Positions 24,781-37,411 of a stretch of 64,000 nt of DNA are shown one piece after another. Under the pieces are notes generated by a model, which was not told where the DNA came from, ran no database searches, and saw only the letters and a list, made by a program, of their open reading frames with translations. Every line of letters begins with the position of its first letter. Position 1 is the first letter of the stretch. The stretch covers positions 124,001 to 188,000 of the forward strand of contig NEEC01000009.1 of NCBI GenBank assembly GCA_002189035.1. The letters are read 5' to 3'. The DNA comes from Utricularia gibba. Taxonomy: Eukaryota > Plantae > Magnoliophyta. Made by a program: the position numbers and the translations under genes.

Positions 24781-25333
24781 ATGGGGAGAAAGGGGTGCAG
24801 CTAGTGGTGATGTTGAGTCTCCTGGTTCTGGTGTTTGTGGGGTGCGTCGAGGGAGGAAGATGAAGGGGTTGAGTTGCGAAAAACAGATGGAGGCCAGGAA
24901 TCGATGTTTTTGCAGTCCGGTTGCCGTGGGAAACATGGTGGAGCCCATGGGAAGAGTGCAAAGCACCACAAACATCATGGTGCTGCTGCTGTAGCTGGTA
25001 AAAGCCCGAGTGTTGGTACTGGTAAGGGAAATGGAAATGGGAATGGGAATGGGATTGGAGGTGGAACTGGAGCCGATCCAGGAGTGGGTAGTGGCCCGGG
25101 GATAGGAGCTGATCCAGGAGGCATAGGAGTTGATCCAGGAATGGGTGGTGGCGTAGGAGGATTAGGTGGCGGCATAGGCAATGCTCCCGGAATTGGTGGA
25201 ACCCAGGAGGATTAGGGGTGCTGGCGGAATTGGCATTGGTTTAGGTGGAGGCGTTGGCATCGGGGGAGGTGGCGGAGGTGGTTTTGGTGGAGGAGGAGGC
25301 ATTGGCGGTGGCGGCGGAGGCACTGGCGGCTGA
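24781..25333 (+). CDS. Secreted (cell-wall-type) glycine-rich protein, broken by five single-base losses in G/C runs
   Basis: Signal peptide (VQLVVMLSLLVLVFVGCVEG), His/Lys-rich linker and G-rich repeats (GNGNG, GADPG, GIGGG) spread over shifting frames. Confidence 0.8.
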
Positions 25334-25595
25334 GGACAACTTTTTATCCTTGTTCTGTGACTGTTTTCTTGGTCATCCTATTGCAATGAAAAATAACACT
25401 ACCAAGTACCACATTTGTATTCTGCCACTCCCCTAGACTTCGGTGAATGTAATCTGTCTGCAATTCGTTCCTTCCAAGTAATATGGCTTCCTACAGGTGC
25501 CAGTGATCCAATAGAAAAAGTGCAGTGTGTTCCATGGGGCTTCGTCACCCTTGTTATCATCTGGCCATTTGCAGCAGCAAAAATCATTTAAATTT

Positions 25596-27075
25596 TCAGA
25601 CATACGCACCTTGTCTCCACTCGATGATCTGGAGGCACGCAGCGCTATGCGCCAGAGCAGCTGCGACGACCAAGATATGAAAGATTTGATGGCTTTGGCC
25701 TATGATGTCAAATGCGCCAGGTTTCCATCTCTCAGGGACCCTCGACACATAAAAACCAGCTCCAATGGCATATAAAAGTCCCATGGCAATCTCATATCCA
25801 AGTGAAACCAGCACTTGTGGCTGACCCCAGTGAAGGATCGTTGCATGAATAGCAGGGATTGAACCAGAGAAACCCATGGAGAGGAAGATCCCTGCCCTGA
25901 ATCCCCGGAAACGGCCACTGGAGAGGTCTGGGGCAAACAGGATCACAACAACTAGGACGCCAATCAAAGTTATTGTAGAGAGATAGAAGAAACGCCAATA
26001 TGGATTTTCGGAGAAAGCATAGTAGATAGGAGTAAAGAAGGAGCACACGATCATGACAGTGATACCAGCATAGTCCAAGCACCAAAAAAAGTGGTAGAAG
26101 CGTCGAGAATGGCAGAAGAAAAGGTGTGAGATTGAACTGAAACCCAAGCAAGAAATTGCTCCCCCAAAAAAACTAGCCAAGGCCATATCGGGAGTGAATC
26201 AGAAACCCCACCACCCACCAAGAATGGAGAACCTGGAATATTGGACTCCTGTGAAGCGCATCAGAAACAATTTTTCAGAAGTAAAAGAAAGATATTCTAG
26301 GAACTCATTGTTCAGAATACGAGAAAATTTGGTAAAACAACATCATCTTAAACTCATACATGGTGGTTATGTGCTTATGATAAATATCAAATATTTAGGA
26401 ACATGTAAAATACACCTTCGATGCTAGCAATAATGTAGAGCATCATTCTTTGGAAATACTAACCGTAAGAAAAGCAGCAGAGCCCTCTGACTGATTCATA
26501 GTTTGAGATAGCATCAATCCATCACCTGTGTTCTTGACAAAAGGTGGAGTGCTCTTTTCTGTAATGCTCCTTACCAACATTACCACAAAGATAGTCAATC
26601 CCACCAAATGTCTGCAAAAAACAAGGGGGTTGGAACATGAAACAGAACATACAAGGGCCGTAAAAAAACTTCATCAATCCACTCACAGCAAAGTGTTGAT
26701 TATTGAAAAATAAAAGGCTTTTACAGAAGATGCCTAATTAAAAGCTCATGGAAAAAAGTAAATTGCTGTCAATTGGTAGCTCCAGTAAATGCTGATGAAG
26801 TTATAAATCTGGAGAATCTTAAGATTCAAGACGCAATTTTATGAGCCATAGCATGAAATCATCCAACGAGGAACAAAGTATCCCTGTGTCAAGAGCCTAG
26901 CTTACGTCCAAATGTTAAAGGTTTCGTTGTGGAGTGAGAAAACGCTGAGAACGACATCTTTCAGAGGCCATTCACATCTGTAATAACTCCGTATATATTC
27001 GTTGTCTTTCAAGTAGTCCGGCAACTCCTCATACTTCACCAATGACCTCCGCCCCGATTTCGCGTTATTCTTCAT
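25596..27075 (-). CDS. HHP2: Heptahelical transmembrane protein (PAQR/haemolysin-III family, HHP2-like). Exons 27075-26906, 26611-26464, 26248-25596, with an apparent 1-bp frameshift at 26161-26165
   Basis: [64 protein letters not shown]. The subfamily assignment is tentative. Confidence 0.88.
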
Positions 27076-28283
27076 TCAAATGGGGCACTTGGTTTCCGCT
27101 CGGGGATTTACTTCACCGGATTTTCCACGGGTAGGCGGCAGTGGCTGCGATCTTTTACTCCATGGGGCCGAGAACGAATTCTGTCTTAGCGATCAGGAGC
27201 GATCACACTCGAAAAAGCTTTTGTTCCGGGATGAATGACTGCGTTGTGAATTGGTGGACAAAAGTTCGTGAGACAAAGAAGATGCGTACAGGTGTGGAAA
27301 AACGCATCATTCAATTCTTTATTAGTTATCAATTTTTATTTTCATGGTTTTCGAGCTTTAACTCTGGAATTCAGACCGTCCATTATTTTATGCAAAACTA
27401 CTAACCCAACTGAATTCAAAGCTTGGAGATTCAGCACAAAATCCAAAAAAAGCTGGTTTTTCTGTGATGGAAGAACTGGGTTGGTTGATTGGGAACAATA
27501 TCCAATCTTTTATACTTCATTATGATTGATTATTGATAATATGTAGCTATTAGTGGCTGTAAGCAGTGTCATGGGTTTCCTTCCGCTGTCCCTTTCCTGC
27601 TTATTGTCAACACTTCGGTGTCGTCACCCACTGCCGTTCACCTCTGAAACCCAATGCTGCTCCTTTCGGACTCCCGAGTTTCAAGCTCTACTTTAGGTAC
27701 AAGCCATGTTTAGTTACTTCGCTTCATTTCTTTCTCTTGTTCTCGCGGTGTTATTTATCCAAGTTCCAAGCATTGACCTCAGAATTTTACTGCCTTCTTA
27801 GAAATTTTTAGAAGAATTTGTAACACTATTTTCTTTCCTCCATTGGATTTGCCCACCTGAGTAGTTAGTTATATCGATCTGGGGATATATCAATTTTGTA
27901 GTTCCGTAAATTGGTTGAACTGATAGAGAATATTGGTTCGAAGCTACTTTCGTGCCGTAAATTGCTTGATTTGAAATGGGTTTTCCTTACTTCAAGGCTT
28001 TTGTTCTAGGTAGCTTCAAGTAACTGCCCAGCTTGTCTCCGGGAAATGAATTTGTATATGCTTTTATTAACTTCTTTCTCCTGACGAAATCTGGATGCCC
28101 ATTTCCTCTGCTCGAGTTTTATTTCCTGATTGTGATTAAGCGCTTACTAGCTTCTATATGATTCCAAATGTTGTGTGCTCTTTTTCATTTTGCAGTTTTC
28201 TGGAAGCCCCCAAGTTTTAGAAGCTTACTTTTGTATGTGCCTTATGTAATCTTTAAAAGTACTGCAGGATCTCAACCAAAGCT

Positions 28284-29954
28284 ATGCCTCCTGCTTATCT
28301 TATCAAAAGTTCTTCTACAACAGCAACAGTTGAGATGAGATCCTCTCATGCTTCACCCAAATCTTCCGAGGGTCTTCCATCTGTCCTTGTAGATAGCCTA
28401 CCTTGTTTGCCGGATTCAGGGACTCCGAATTGTATGCCCATCACTAACACTAGGGATTCATTGAATCTTTCTTCTGGCTCTGGAGACCACTCGGAGCTTA
28501 ACCCTCATGAGTTGCTGGTTGCAAATCCCTCAGCCGCATTATCAAATGATCAGTCTTCATTGGAGGAGCCCAACCATCTTTCTCAGTCTTCAAAGCAATC
28601 CGGATTGGATGCTGGGGAAACTTTTCCCTTCTCATGGAACTCAGATGGGATTGAGAACTTTTTGCATGATCCTATGAGTGTTGTTCAGAATGGTTCAAAA
28701 AACATTTCCAGTAGTGTCATTTCATTGGAAGATGACCCCGAGAAGGCCGAATGGTCGGAATGGACAGAACAGTGGTTTACAGCTGATGATGATATCAATC
28801 CGAGCTTGAGTGACTTTCTCGGTGATCTCAATTTCCCTGATCCAGATTCCAAGGTCAGCTCTTTCACAGTGTCTGCATTTATCATGAGCTTCTGTATGCT
28901 TATATGCCATAATCCGCATGCTATTAAGTTTCCTGTTTCTAAATCAGCCATCTGATATCTCTACAAGCAAGCATCAAAAACTGCAGCTGCCTGAAAAAGA
29001 TCAACCTTTTCCGAGTGGGAGGGATTGCGCTCCTCCAACGCCACCCTCAGCAAAAGCTCGAATGCGTTGGACCCAGAACTTCATGAAATATTCGTGGATG
29101 CAGTGAACAAGCTCGGTGGTGGTGAAAGTGGGTACAACGTACTTTTATTTTTCATTGTTAGTTCAAAAATATTAAGATTTTTCTTTTAATGATCAATTTG
29201 GTACATATGACAGAAGCAACACCAAAAGGTGTTCTGAAGCTCATGAACGTTGAAGGCTTGACAATCTATCATGTGAAAAGCCATTTGCAGGTATAGCAAC
29301 GACGACACATTTCCTTACATTTTGCAAGGTTCTGTTATCAGTGCTTGGTGTTTCTCATTGTTTCAGAAGTACCGGACTGCAAGGTTCAAGCCGGAAACTT
29401 CCGAAGGAACCTCAGAGAAGAAGTCCAGTGCTGCATCTGAAACAACGTCTCTGGATGCAAAGTCGTGAGTTCATCTCTGGATGAAACAATTGGAAAGATG
29501 CCACTCTGTATCTCAACTGTTTATCCGTTGAATTGGCAGGACAATGGGCATTACGGAAGCCCTCAAGCTTCAAATGGAAGTACAAAAACAACTGCACGAA
29601 CAGCTCGAGGTATGCGAAGACACGAGCTAATACCTTTTTCAACTTCTACTTATTCTGCGCTTAGTCGCCTGCGTACCTAACATTCCCTGTATAAAAATGC
29701 CACCTTTTCAGATTCAGAGGAACCTGCAGCTTCGAATTGAAGAGCAGGCGCGGCAACTGCAAATGATCTTTGAGCAGCAAAAGAAGATGGAGGAGGAAAA
29801 AACCAAAGTATCTGGAGGAAATCATGGACAAGAATCTCCAGCGGGCGATGAGGGTGATGCAGCAAAAAGTACGGCCGAAACGAACACCCAGATCGAAAAT
29901 GATCGTGAATTAACTCCACCACCAAAACGAGCAAAGGGCAACAATGAGGGGTGA
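28284..29954 (+). CDS. PHL: PHR1-like MYB-CC (GARP) transcription factor. Exons 28284-28853, 28948-29127, 29214-29290, 29367-29464, 29540-29609, 29712-29954, with an apparent 1-bp frameshift at 29072-29074
   Basis: KARMRWT(P)[29 protein letters not shown], coiled coil [32 protein letters not shown]. The start codon is tentative and an upstream coding exon is possible. Confidence 0.92.
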
Positions 29955-31157
29955 TGTTTGATCTGGTGTGGAATTCCTTGTTCATGGAGAACGTGGCTGT
30001 AGTTCAGGCATTTTGCTTGTAAATAAATCGATCCCTGTAGCGCTTTGAGACTACTGTTGTACCATGGATAGATCCAGTGGATCAAAGCTTTCCATATTTT
30101 TTTTCCTACAGGCAACCCTTCTTTTTTAAGCTCTGATTTGAGACAAAAAAAAAAAAAAAGATGCATTGCAGTGCATAGCTACCGGTGCTCTGGTTTCTAG
30201 AAGTTCATCAGCAATCAGATTGAGACAGCAGTCAATGTGAATACCATCAAACTTCGAGTCTTATATTTCCTTTCTCACGCACACCCACTTCATGGCTGCC
30301 TGTGTGTGTTCAAACTGGTGATCTCAAAGGTCTCATCATCGAAATCCAAGCTCACAACCTCGGTCACAGAAAAACCCCATTTCTACGTCGCCCGAATTAG
30401 AGCGGATATGAACACGATCCAATAGAAGGGAGGGTGAGGATATCTCTGAAACTTGGAATTCTCAAAACTAACTACCGATGCGCGTCATGTCACTTCCAAT
30501 TTTCACACGTAAACATGCTACAAAGTCAGGCACACAGTCAAAGAGTAAGTAGAGAAAAGCCTGTTTTGAGTTGAAAACCTCATTCTCGAACAATTAGGTT
30601 TGATTGATATGACCCCTTCCCCTGGTCTGGTCTGAGACGGTCCTGACGTAAAAATCATTCCCTCAATATTCCTCGCATTCAAGTTCCAGGGCCTCGTATT
30701 CAATGAAGCTGTCCCAACCGGAAAAAAGGAAAATACCTCCGGTACTGCACTTAATGCATGCATATTCTCTGTCGGAAAGGGATCAAAGCCGCAATCCTTT
30801 TCTAGCCCATCAAGTCAAACACACTTTTTTTTTATCTACTAAACGCAGCAAGATTCATCATTCAAAAGCAAGTCATGCATAACAGTCTTTCAGTTGTTTG
30901 GTAGGTTCTGAATAATGCTGTAGCTACCAACACTACCCTAATCCTGTATAGGTTTAAAGATTGCATGTAGAACACAACATAAAAATGAAGTCTTTACATA
31001 TACATTGCTTCAAACTTGGAAAACGCAAAGTCAGTAGAATAAACCATGAGGGTTCCCTATACAAAGCACAAGCTTAGCTTTTTTATCACTATTCCAAAAT
31101 AACACAGCCATACACACTGAAAAGTCGCCGCTTTGCTTAGCATCATCAGATCATATG

Positions 31158-31750
31158 TCAGCAGTTGAAGATGTATTCCAAGGAGGGGCTGTGAAGCAAA
31201 GCTGCGACCATGTCGTCGGGAGTTTCGTCTAGCGGAGGAAGCACGCACTTGGCGATGAGGTCGCGCATCTCCGTGTTTTGGCATTGAATGTTGAGAATTT
31301 GAGCTTGCGCTCTCGCCAGCTCTGATTGCAGCTCACTGATCTGCCGCTGCAATAGGCATATGAAGCCCGCGCAGCCGTACACCGGGTCCCTCAGCCGTGC
31401 ATTTGCTTCGTACACCATGCTGCTCACGGCATCAGCCCTTTGCACCTCCGGCAGTTCCTGCAGTAAAAAAAAAAAAAAAGCAGCCAGCCAGCCCTTTTCA
31501 GTTTACTTGTGATTCAACCATAGAAAAGTATAGGCGTTTCAAGGTCTTGTGTTACATGCAACAGCTTGATGATGTTGCTTGCTCCGAAGACTCGATGTGC
31601 AATGGAGAACTTGAGCGGTTCGGTGGGAGGGAAGTACGGCGCGAGGACGCAAGTCATGGAACAGCGGCGACGGAGTATCTTGCAGGCGGCACATGGAATG
31701 AGAACCACCGAAGACGTGGCGGCACTGCCTGCGAACTTGACTTCTGCCAT
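31158..31750 (-). CDS. LBD: LOB-domain protein (class I, LBD1/LBD11-like). Exons 31750-31556 and 31457-31158, with an alternative ATG at 31801
   Basis: PCAACKILRRRC (CX2CX6C), FAPYFPP-like segment, HRVFGASN, DPVYGC, leucine zipper. Confidence 0.95.
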
Positions 31751-32425
31751 TGCTCCGGCGAGGGTATGGACAAGACGGCTGTGCAGAACGCGTGGCGTCA
31801 TTATATAATTTTGCCTCATCCAGTGTCTCTTTGTTCATACGCGCAAAGTCCTTTCTGTTCCGTCGTATGCCAATTGGTACGCATCACCAACTTTTTCGTG
31901 TTGCTAACTACGACGTAATGAGGACACACCAGATTAATCAAATAATGCAAACGTGTTCACCTGATGAAAAGTAATCAGCTCTCGGAGTTAGTGTAATGAT
32001 GCGTCATCTTGGTGGCTTAAAAGTCCATCTGACGCCCAACAGCCAAAGGACTTGGGGCTACATCACCTTCACTATCTGGAATGCGACATTTACGCACTGT
32101 TACTGTAAACTGGGAAGGAAACAGTTTCCCTCTCAAACACAAATCAGTTGAAGGAAATCAAAACAAGAGCGCCCTTTACTTAATCCTAAGCTGTTCCAAA
32201 AACAAAACCAAGATTTTTGATCTTGTATCGTATATTGATTTTGTGAGGAGTCACTGGATTGATAAAACGGATGCAAACCGAGAAATGATATATACTGTTA
32301 CAGATCTATAGTGCAAGAATCAAACAAGAATATGGAACAGATGAGAAAGGTGCTACTCGACCTGCTATCATATGGATACGGGATCAGAGCAATGGCACCA
32401 TCAGATTTGTGATGGACCGAAGCTA

Positions 32426-34935
32426 CTAAAAGGGTGCAATAGAAGACCTGTGAGCGATGTCATAAACAGAAAGAAGGATTTCAACTCCGATGAGAATCAC
32501 GATCAGAACTTCAAGGAAATCTGACTTCCTGTTCTGGAGAATTTCTTGAAGAAACCGGATGTTGTGCTACAATGGTCAGTTAAAAAACTATCGTTAGCAT
32601 AATAGGAAACGAGCCTGGTAGACAGATATGCAAACCCAAGTGCTAAACTAAAATACCTCGACAAACTTCAACTTGAAATCCAGGCTAGCGAATCTTTGGG
32701 TTAGTTCGAATTCATCTCTCAAGTACTCCCAAATCTGAGCATATTTTGCATCCTTCCATGCAATGTCTGACCTGCACAAGATGTTAAATAGCACATGAGT
32801 GATTAGAGTTTTTGAGCTACCATACAAATGGCTAAAATGAGTGGTATAGGTTAGTGCCTCTCGAAAAGCCCAAGCTTGATGATCACATCAGCAAGAATAG
32901 AGTTAGCTTTTCCAACAAGTTGAAACAGCTTTTTCCGCTCCATTGTGAAGTTTCCAGTTTTCTCCATCTCTCTGTTGATGTCCGTAAACTCTGCAACAAT
33001 TCCATCCACCTAAAAGAAAACACACTAGATGAGAAACCTGGAATCAAAAGAAAGGCATGACACAAATCTTAGTTACCCACCTGACGAACGTAATAATCAA
33101 GAGCAATACTTTGACCAAGGACGCTACCAATTGTACGGATACCATCAATACTAAGGTAATGAAGCATTATGTAGTCAAGCCCGCCTTGCATCCACTCATC
33201 CAAAGTTTGATTCTCTCGAACCTCATATTCTATAATTTTCAAGCAAGAAACAGATAATATATGCATGGAACATAACACCTTAATGAACAAGTGTTATTAG
33301 CACCATCAAGCTACATGGCTGGCACCAAAGCCCGTATTAGATACACGAATATCCGTGATAAACCCCTTTCCAGTTGTAGAAATAAATGCATCATGAAAAA
33401 GCCAACGACACTTAATGCCACGGTGGTTAAACACCAGAAAAATAATTTTAAGAAAGAGGGATAAGGAAGGGACCAGGTTCTTCAGTGTTTGCAGAAACCA
33501 ATGCCGGAGAAGTTACTCAAAGATGATGAAGCATACCAGGGGAACACATAAAATGTATGCAAGCGCAAACTCAAAGATCAAGTCTCACGTGTCAAGGGAA
33601 TTACCATCTTTTCGCATCTCCGGAAGCAGCCCTGAAGCGTGCCTTTCTACAATCTTCAGATACCCATCTACTTCATTGTCCCGGACATTGAACAATACTA
33701 TTGAACCGTACTGGAAAACTACCATGTAACTGCAGTCACTTTCTCCTAAGCTACACCCAAGACCCTAAAACAACAGAAAAAGTGTGACAATAAGTCAAGC
33801 ATACGCCATTACATGAAAAAGTTTTTGATGAATACAAGTACACCAAAACTAAGTGCTCAAAATATTTCTATCCAACCATGTTCCTACAAAATAGGTCTAA
33901 CAATGTAGAAAAATCAGCATTACAGAATTGTACAAGTCACACAGGTCAATAAGGACCATAATGTGCTGCGGAGACAGGTGTTGAATCTGTTTCAATGGAA
34001 TTGCTAATAACAAATGCCATTGTAAAAGATTTCATTTGGTAAAAAAATTGTAAAAAATAGCTCCCTTCAACTAGGCAAATTGTGCAGATGGCAGTTGCCA
34101 CAAGATCTCTCAATCAGTCGAACATAAAAATGCAACAATCCAATGAGCACGGCTTAATCTCGATCTAAATACACTTCATTTTCAACACATTCGCGATCTT
34201 TATATAACTATCATGCATTTACTGATCCATGATCAATTGTTCGAAAACTCAAGCAGCATGACAAAAAATCTACTCACTTTTAAATCAGGCTTCAGATCAC
34301 CAAATCGTAAGACAACGTAATTAGACATCCTTGACGGCGGCGGAATGAAGTTCTGTTTATTCTGATCAACGAAGCTCTTCAAATCCACACTGTAAACGCA
34401 TACAACGCGGCAACATGATCACTTGAATAGAAAGTAGAATATTCGCATTATTAAAAGACGTAGTCCCAAACCTTGTGGAGAAAAAAAACGCTCTGACGGG
34501 AATTGAAATACAGGAACTATCAGTAATTTCATCCTCTACTTCCGGCATGGCCTTCATGCCCAGAACTTCATTTCCGCTGCACAAGGTATCGCCACCAGAA
34601 ATCGATGCCACTGACGACATGCATCTAGAAACAGCAAAAGGGAGACCGTTCCTAAAAAACGGGACCATCTGTAAGATATTCGAAAAAATGCTAGAGTGAA
34701 ACGAAACGGGTTTCTGCGAAAGAAAATGAAATGATGGCAATTTGGAGAGCTCATCCCGAGAGCTTCCGTTGTCTGGGGAAAACAGGAGGGGAAAGGACGG
34801 AGCTTTCCCCCAAAATTTGTCGGGGTGTACGGCGTAAATGATGGGGAAAACAGCAAAGTCTCGGTGTTGGAGGCGGGATGGGATGCCAGTGAGAGCTCTG
34901 CTGCGGGAACCCAGCATCATAGAGTGGCACCGCAT
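32426..34935 (-). CDS. RRL: RMD1/DUF155 family protein (RETARDED ROOT GROWTH-LIKE), probably mitochondrial. Exons 34935-34472, 34389-34278, 33764-33605, 33229-33081, 33009-32858, 32771-32657, 32566-32426
   Basis: IPVRAFFFSTSVDL, YMVVFQYGSIVLFN, IGSVLGQSIALDY, KKLFQLVGKANS, HNIRFLQEILQNRKSD. All phases close. Confidence 0.9.
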
Positions 34936-37411
34936 TCCGCCGGGTGCCTCCGCCGAAGAATCGGAAGCAAGGATGAAATTATAAAGTTATCCTAATCCCC
35001 ATAAATCCATTAAGCGGAAGGCCGGGCCCAAGTAGTGCAAAATAGATCATTTACTTGTGGATTTCTTATCTAAATCCGATAATGGCTTCCATGATATGAC
35101 TAACAAATTAAATGCTAGCGATGAGCTATGAAATGAATTGAAGTTTATTAGATATTTATTTTATGTATCATTCAAATGTCAATTTACTTGTATGGATGTT
35201 TATACTCTAACATTCCTCAAAGATTCAAGGTTTGAGACATAAAACGTGACCTTATTATAATGATTGGTTAAAAATATCTGACAAGAATAGAGCAATAGGT
35301 GAAAAATAAGTAATTTATATGAAAAATGCATTAAAGAAAAGAGACTGAGAAGAGTCTACTAATATAAATGATGAGGAAGGACCATCAAAAGCATGTTGAT
35401 GCTATCAATGATTTTGATCAATTAGAAACACTTGTTTATTTTCAAATGTCCGATTACTACCAAACTTCAAATCCGATAGTGCCATTCACTATAACTCTAG
35501 AGAATAAACATTTAGATACTAACTTTACAAATGGAGAGCCACAAAGCACTAACTCTTATGGGAAGAGTGGTAAAAACATGTTAAGGGCATGATATTTGAT
35601 GACCACTCTCATTTCTAAGAGAAATTTGTTGTAAATCGAACACCAAGAATGAGAAATGATCAAAACTTCAGACACATAACACTCTATTCTAAAGAATTTA
35701 TCGATTCCCTAGGATTTAAGAGATTCTTCGAGAACATGAACTTGGTATCAAAAATCAGTTGAATATAAATGTTGCCCTGGTGGTTTTCTCTTTCATTTAC
35801 TAAAAAAACCCAACTTGATCTAATAAATTAGACCTTGCATGCACATGAGGTCTAGTTTATTCTCAAGCATATCAAGGCTAATAGTTTGATATCTTATATA
35901 AATTGATTGAAGAGGACCTCAACTAGCAATGTGGATCCCTACTTCTTCTCCAATACAACAAATTTCCAACAATCCTCTACATATTGGAGAAGGGATAAAT
36001 CATGCAGGCTCTAATGTCTAGGAAATAGTATCTTTCGATTATGAATTAATCTCTTGATTGCACTATATATGTATCATTAAGTAGACGATGAAATTGTTTT
36101 TATAAATCGAATACTATTTTGTGATACAGTATTATAGTCAATCACATCAAGCCCACCCTCACAATTGTTGATTGTTTAATGCTCAAGTGCACTCATAAGC
36201 TCGATGTAGCTCCTATTAATTTATAAGTGCTCTAGAGATCACGTATATCTCATAGAAGTAGCTGCTCTTCACACTTATATAGGTGTCTCTGTCTAACACA
36301 CCTTGGTTATATGCGTTATTGATTTTATCAACTGCATAGAAATTAAGAGTGAATACTCATCTCACTTTTTAAATAGAACACATATTTCATAGGAACGACC
36401 ACTTGCATACAGTTGTGTTCTCATAATCAGCAATGGCTTGTTATTATCCATATGAACCTGATCAAAGTGATTCTCCTCTCACGGGTTGGGTTAGCATCGT
36501 TGATGTTTGTTTATCGGCATTTGTCTCATTTCCCTTGAAAGCTCACAGATCTTCTCTCAATTGAGAAGTTTGATCAGTGGATCGATCAAATTCATTAACG
36601 TTCTCACATATTCAACGGATATCGCATCGATTTTTAACAAATGCTTCAATGTTCTATGCCTCAATCACATGTATATATTTCGTCCATTATACGATCGATT
36701 CTTGGTAGTGCCGCTACTTGACAATTACAATGTAGCACCATTGAGAAAGATCTATGTTGCTTGAGTGAGATTTCCATCACATAGTTTCTCAACCCTTGGT
36801 CCCAATTCTTACTAGATCTAATGCAATAAACTCTGCTTCCATTGTTAACCTAGTTATCAAGATCTGTTTATTGAATTTCTCAATGTGAAAATCATTCCAT
36901 TTGTGGCTTTTGGCTCATTTACCCATACACCCAACTAATCTCATTGTATCCCTCCAATACAGTGAGTTCTCTATGATATTGAATGCCACAGTCAACAATC
37001 CCTTTGAGATATCTAAATAACTGATTTACACCTACCCAATATCTCTCATTTGGATTGTGTGTACTTACTCAATCTACCAACTTCATATACTATGCCAGTT
37101 TGGGTATGATTCATCAAGTACATCACACTTCCCATTATTTGAGCATGTTCACTCTAAGACACACGATCAACTCTATTTCTCTTTAAGCTAATACTAGAAT
37201 CATACAAAGTCTTTGTTGCTTTCACATCATGGAAACCAATCTTCTCGAAGAGTTTCTTAGTGTAATAACTTCTCATGATTTTGATTTTGAATATGTAGCT
37301 AACTTCATTCATGTGCTTCATCTCGAATTTTGAGTCTAAGAATTTCTTGACCTCTAGCACAATATCTAGGTTTGGCCCAAAGATCAACATATTATCCATA
37401 TAAAGGGTTAT

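Noticed and set aside
23300-29080. Programmed ribosomal frameshifting or transcriptional slippage as a regulatory system
   Set aside because: Five independent shifts in one short gene and a break inside the invariant WTPELH motif fit sequencing error far better. No stimulatory structure is evident.
985-34935. A 'nutrient-acquisition cluster' of GDSL lipases, AMT1, PHL and LBD
   Set aside because: The genes are unrelated and interspersed with housekeeping genes. Ordinary synteny explains it, and there is no evidence of co-regulation.
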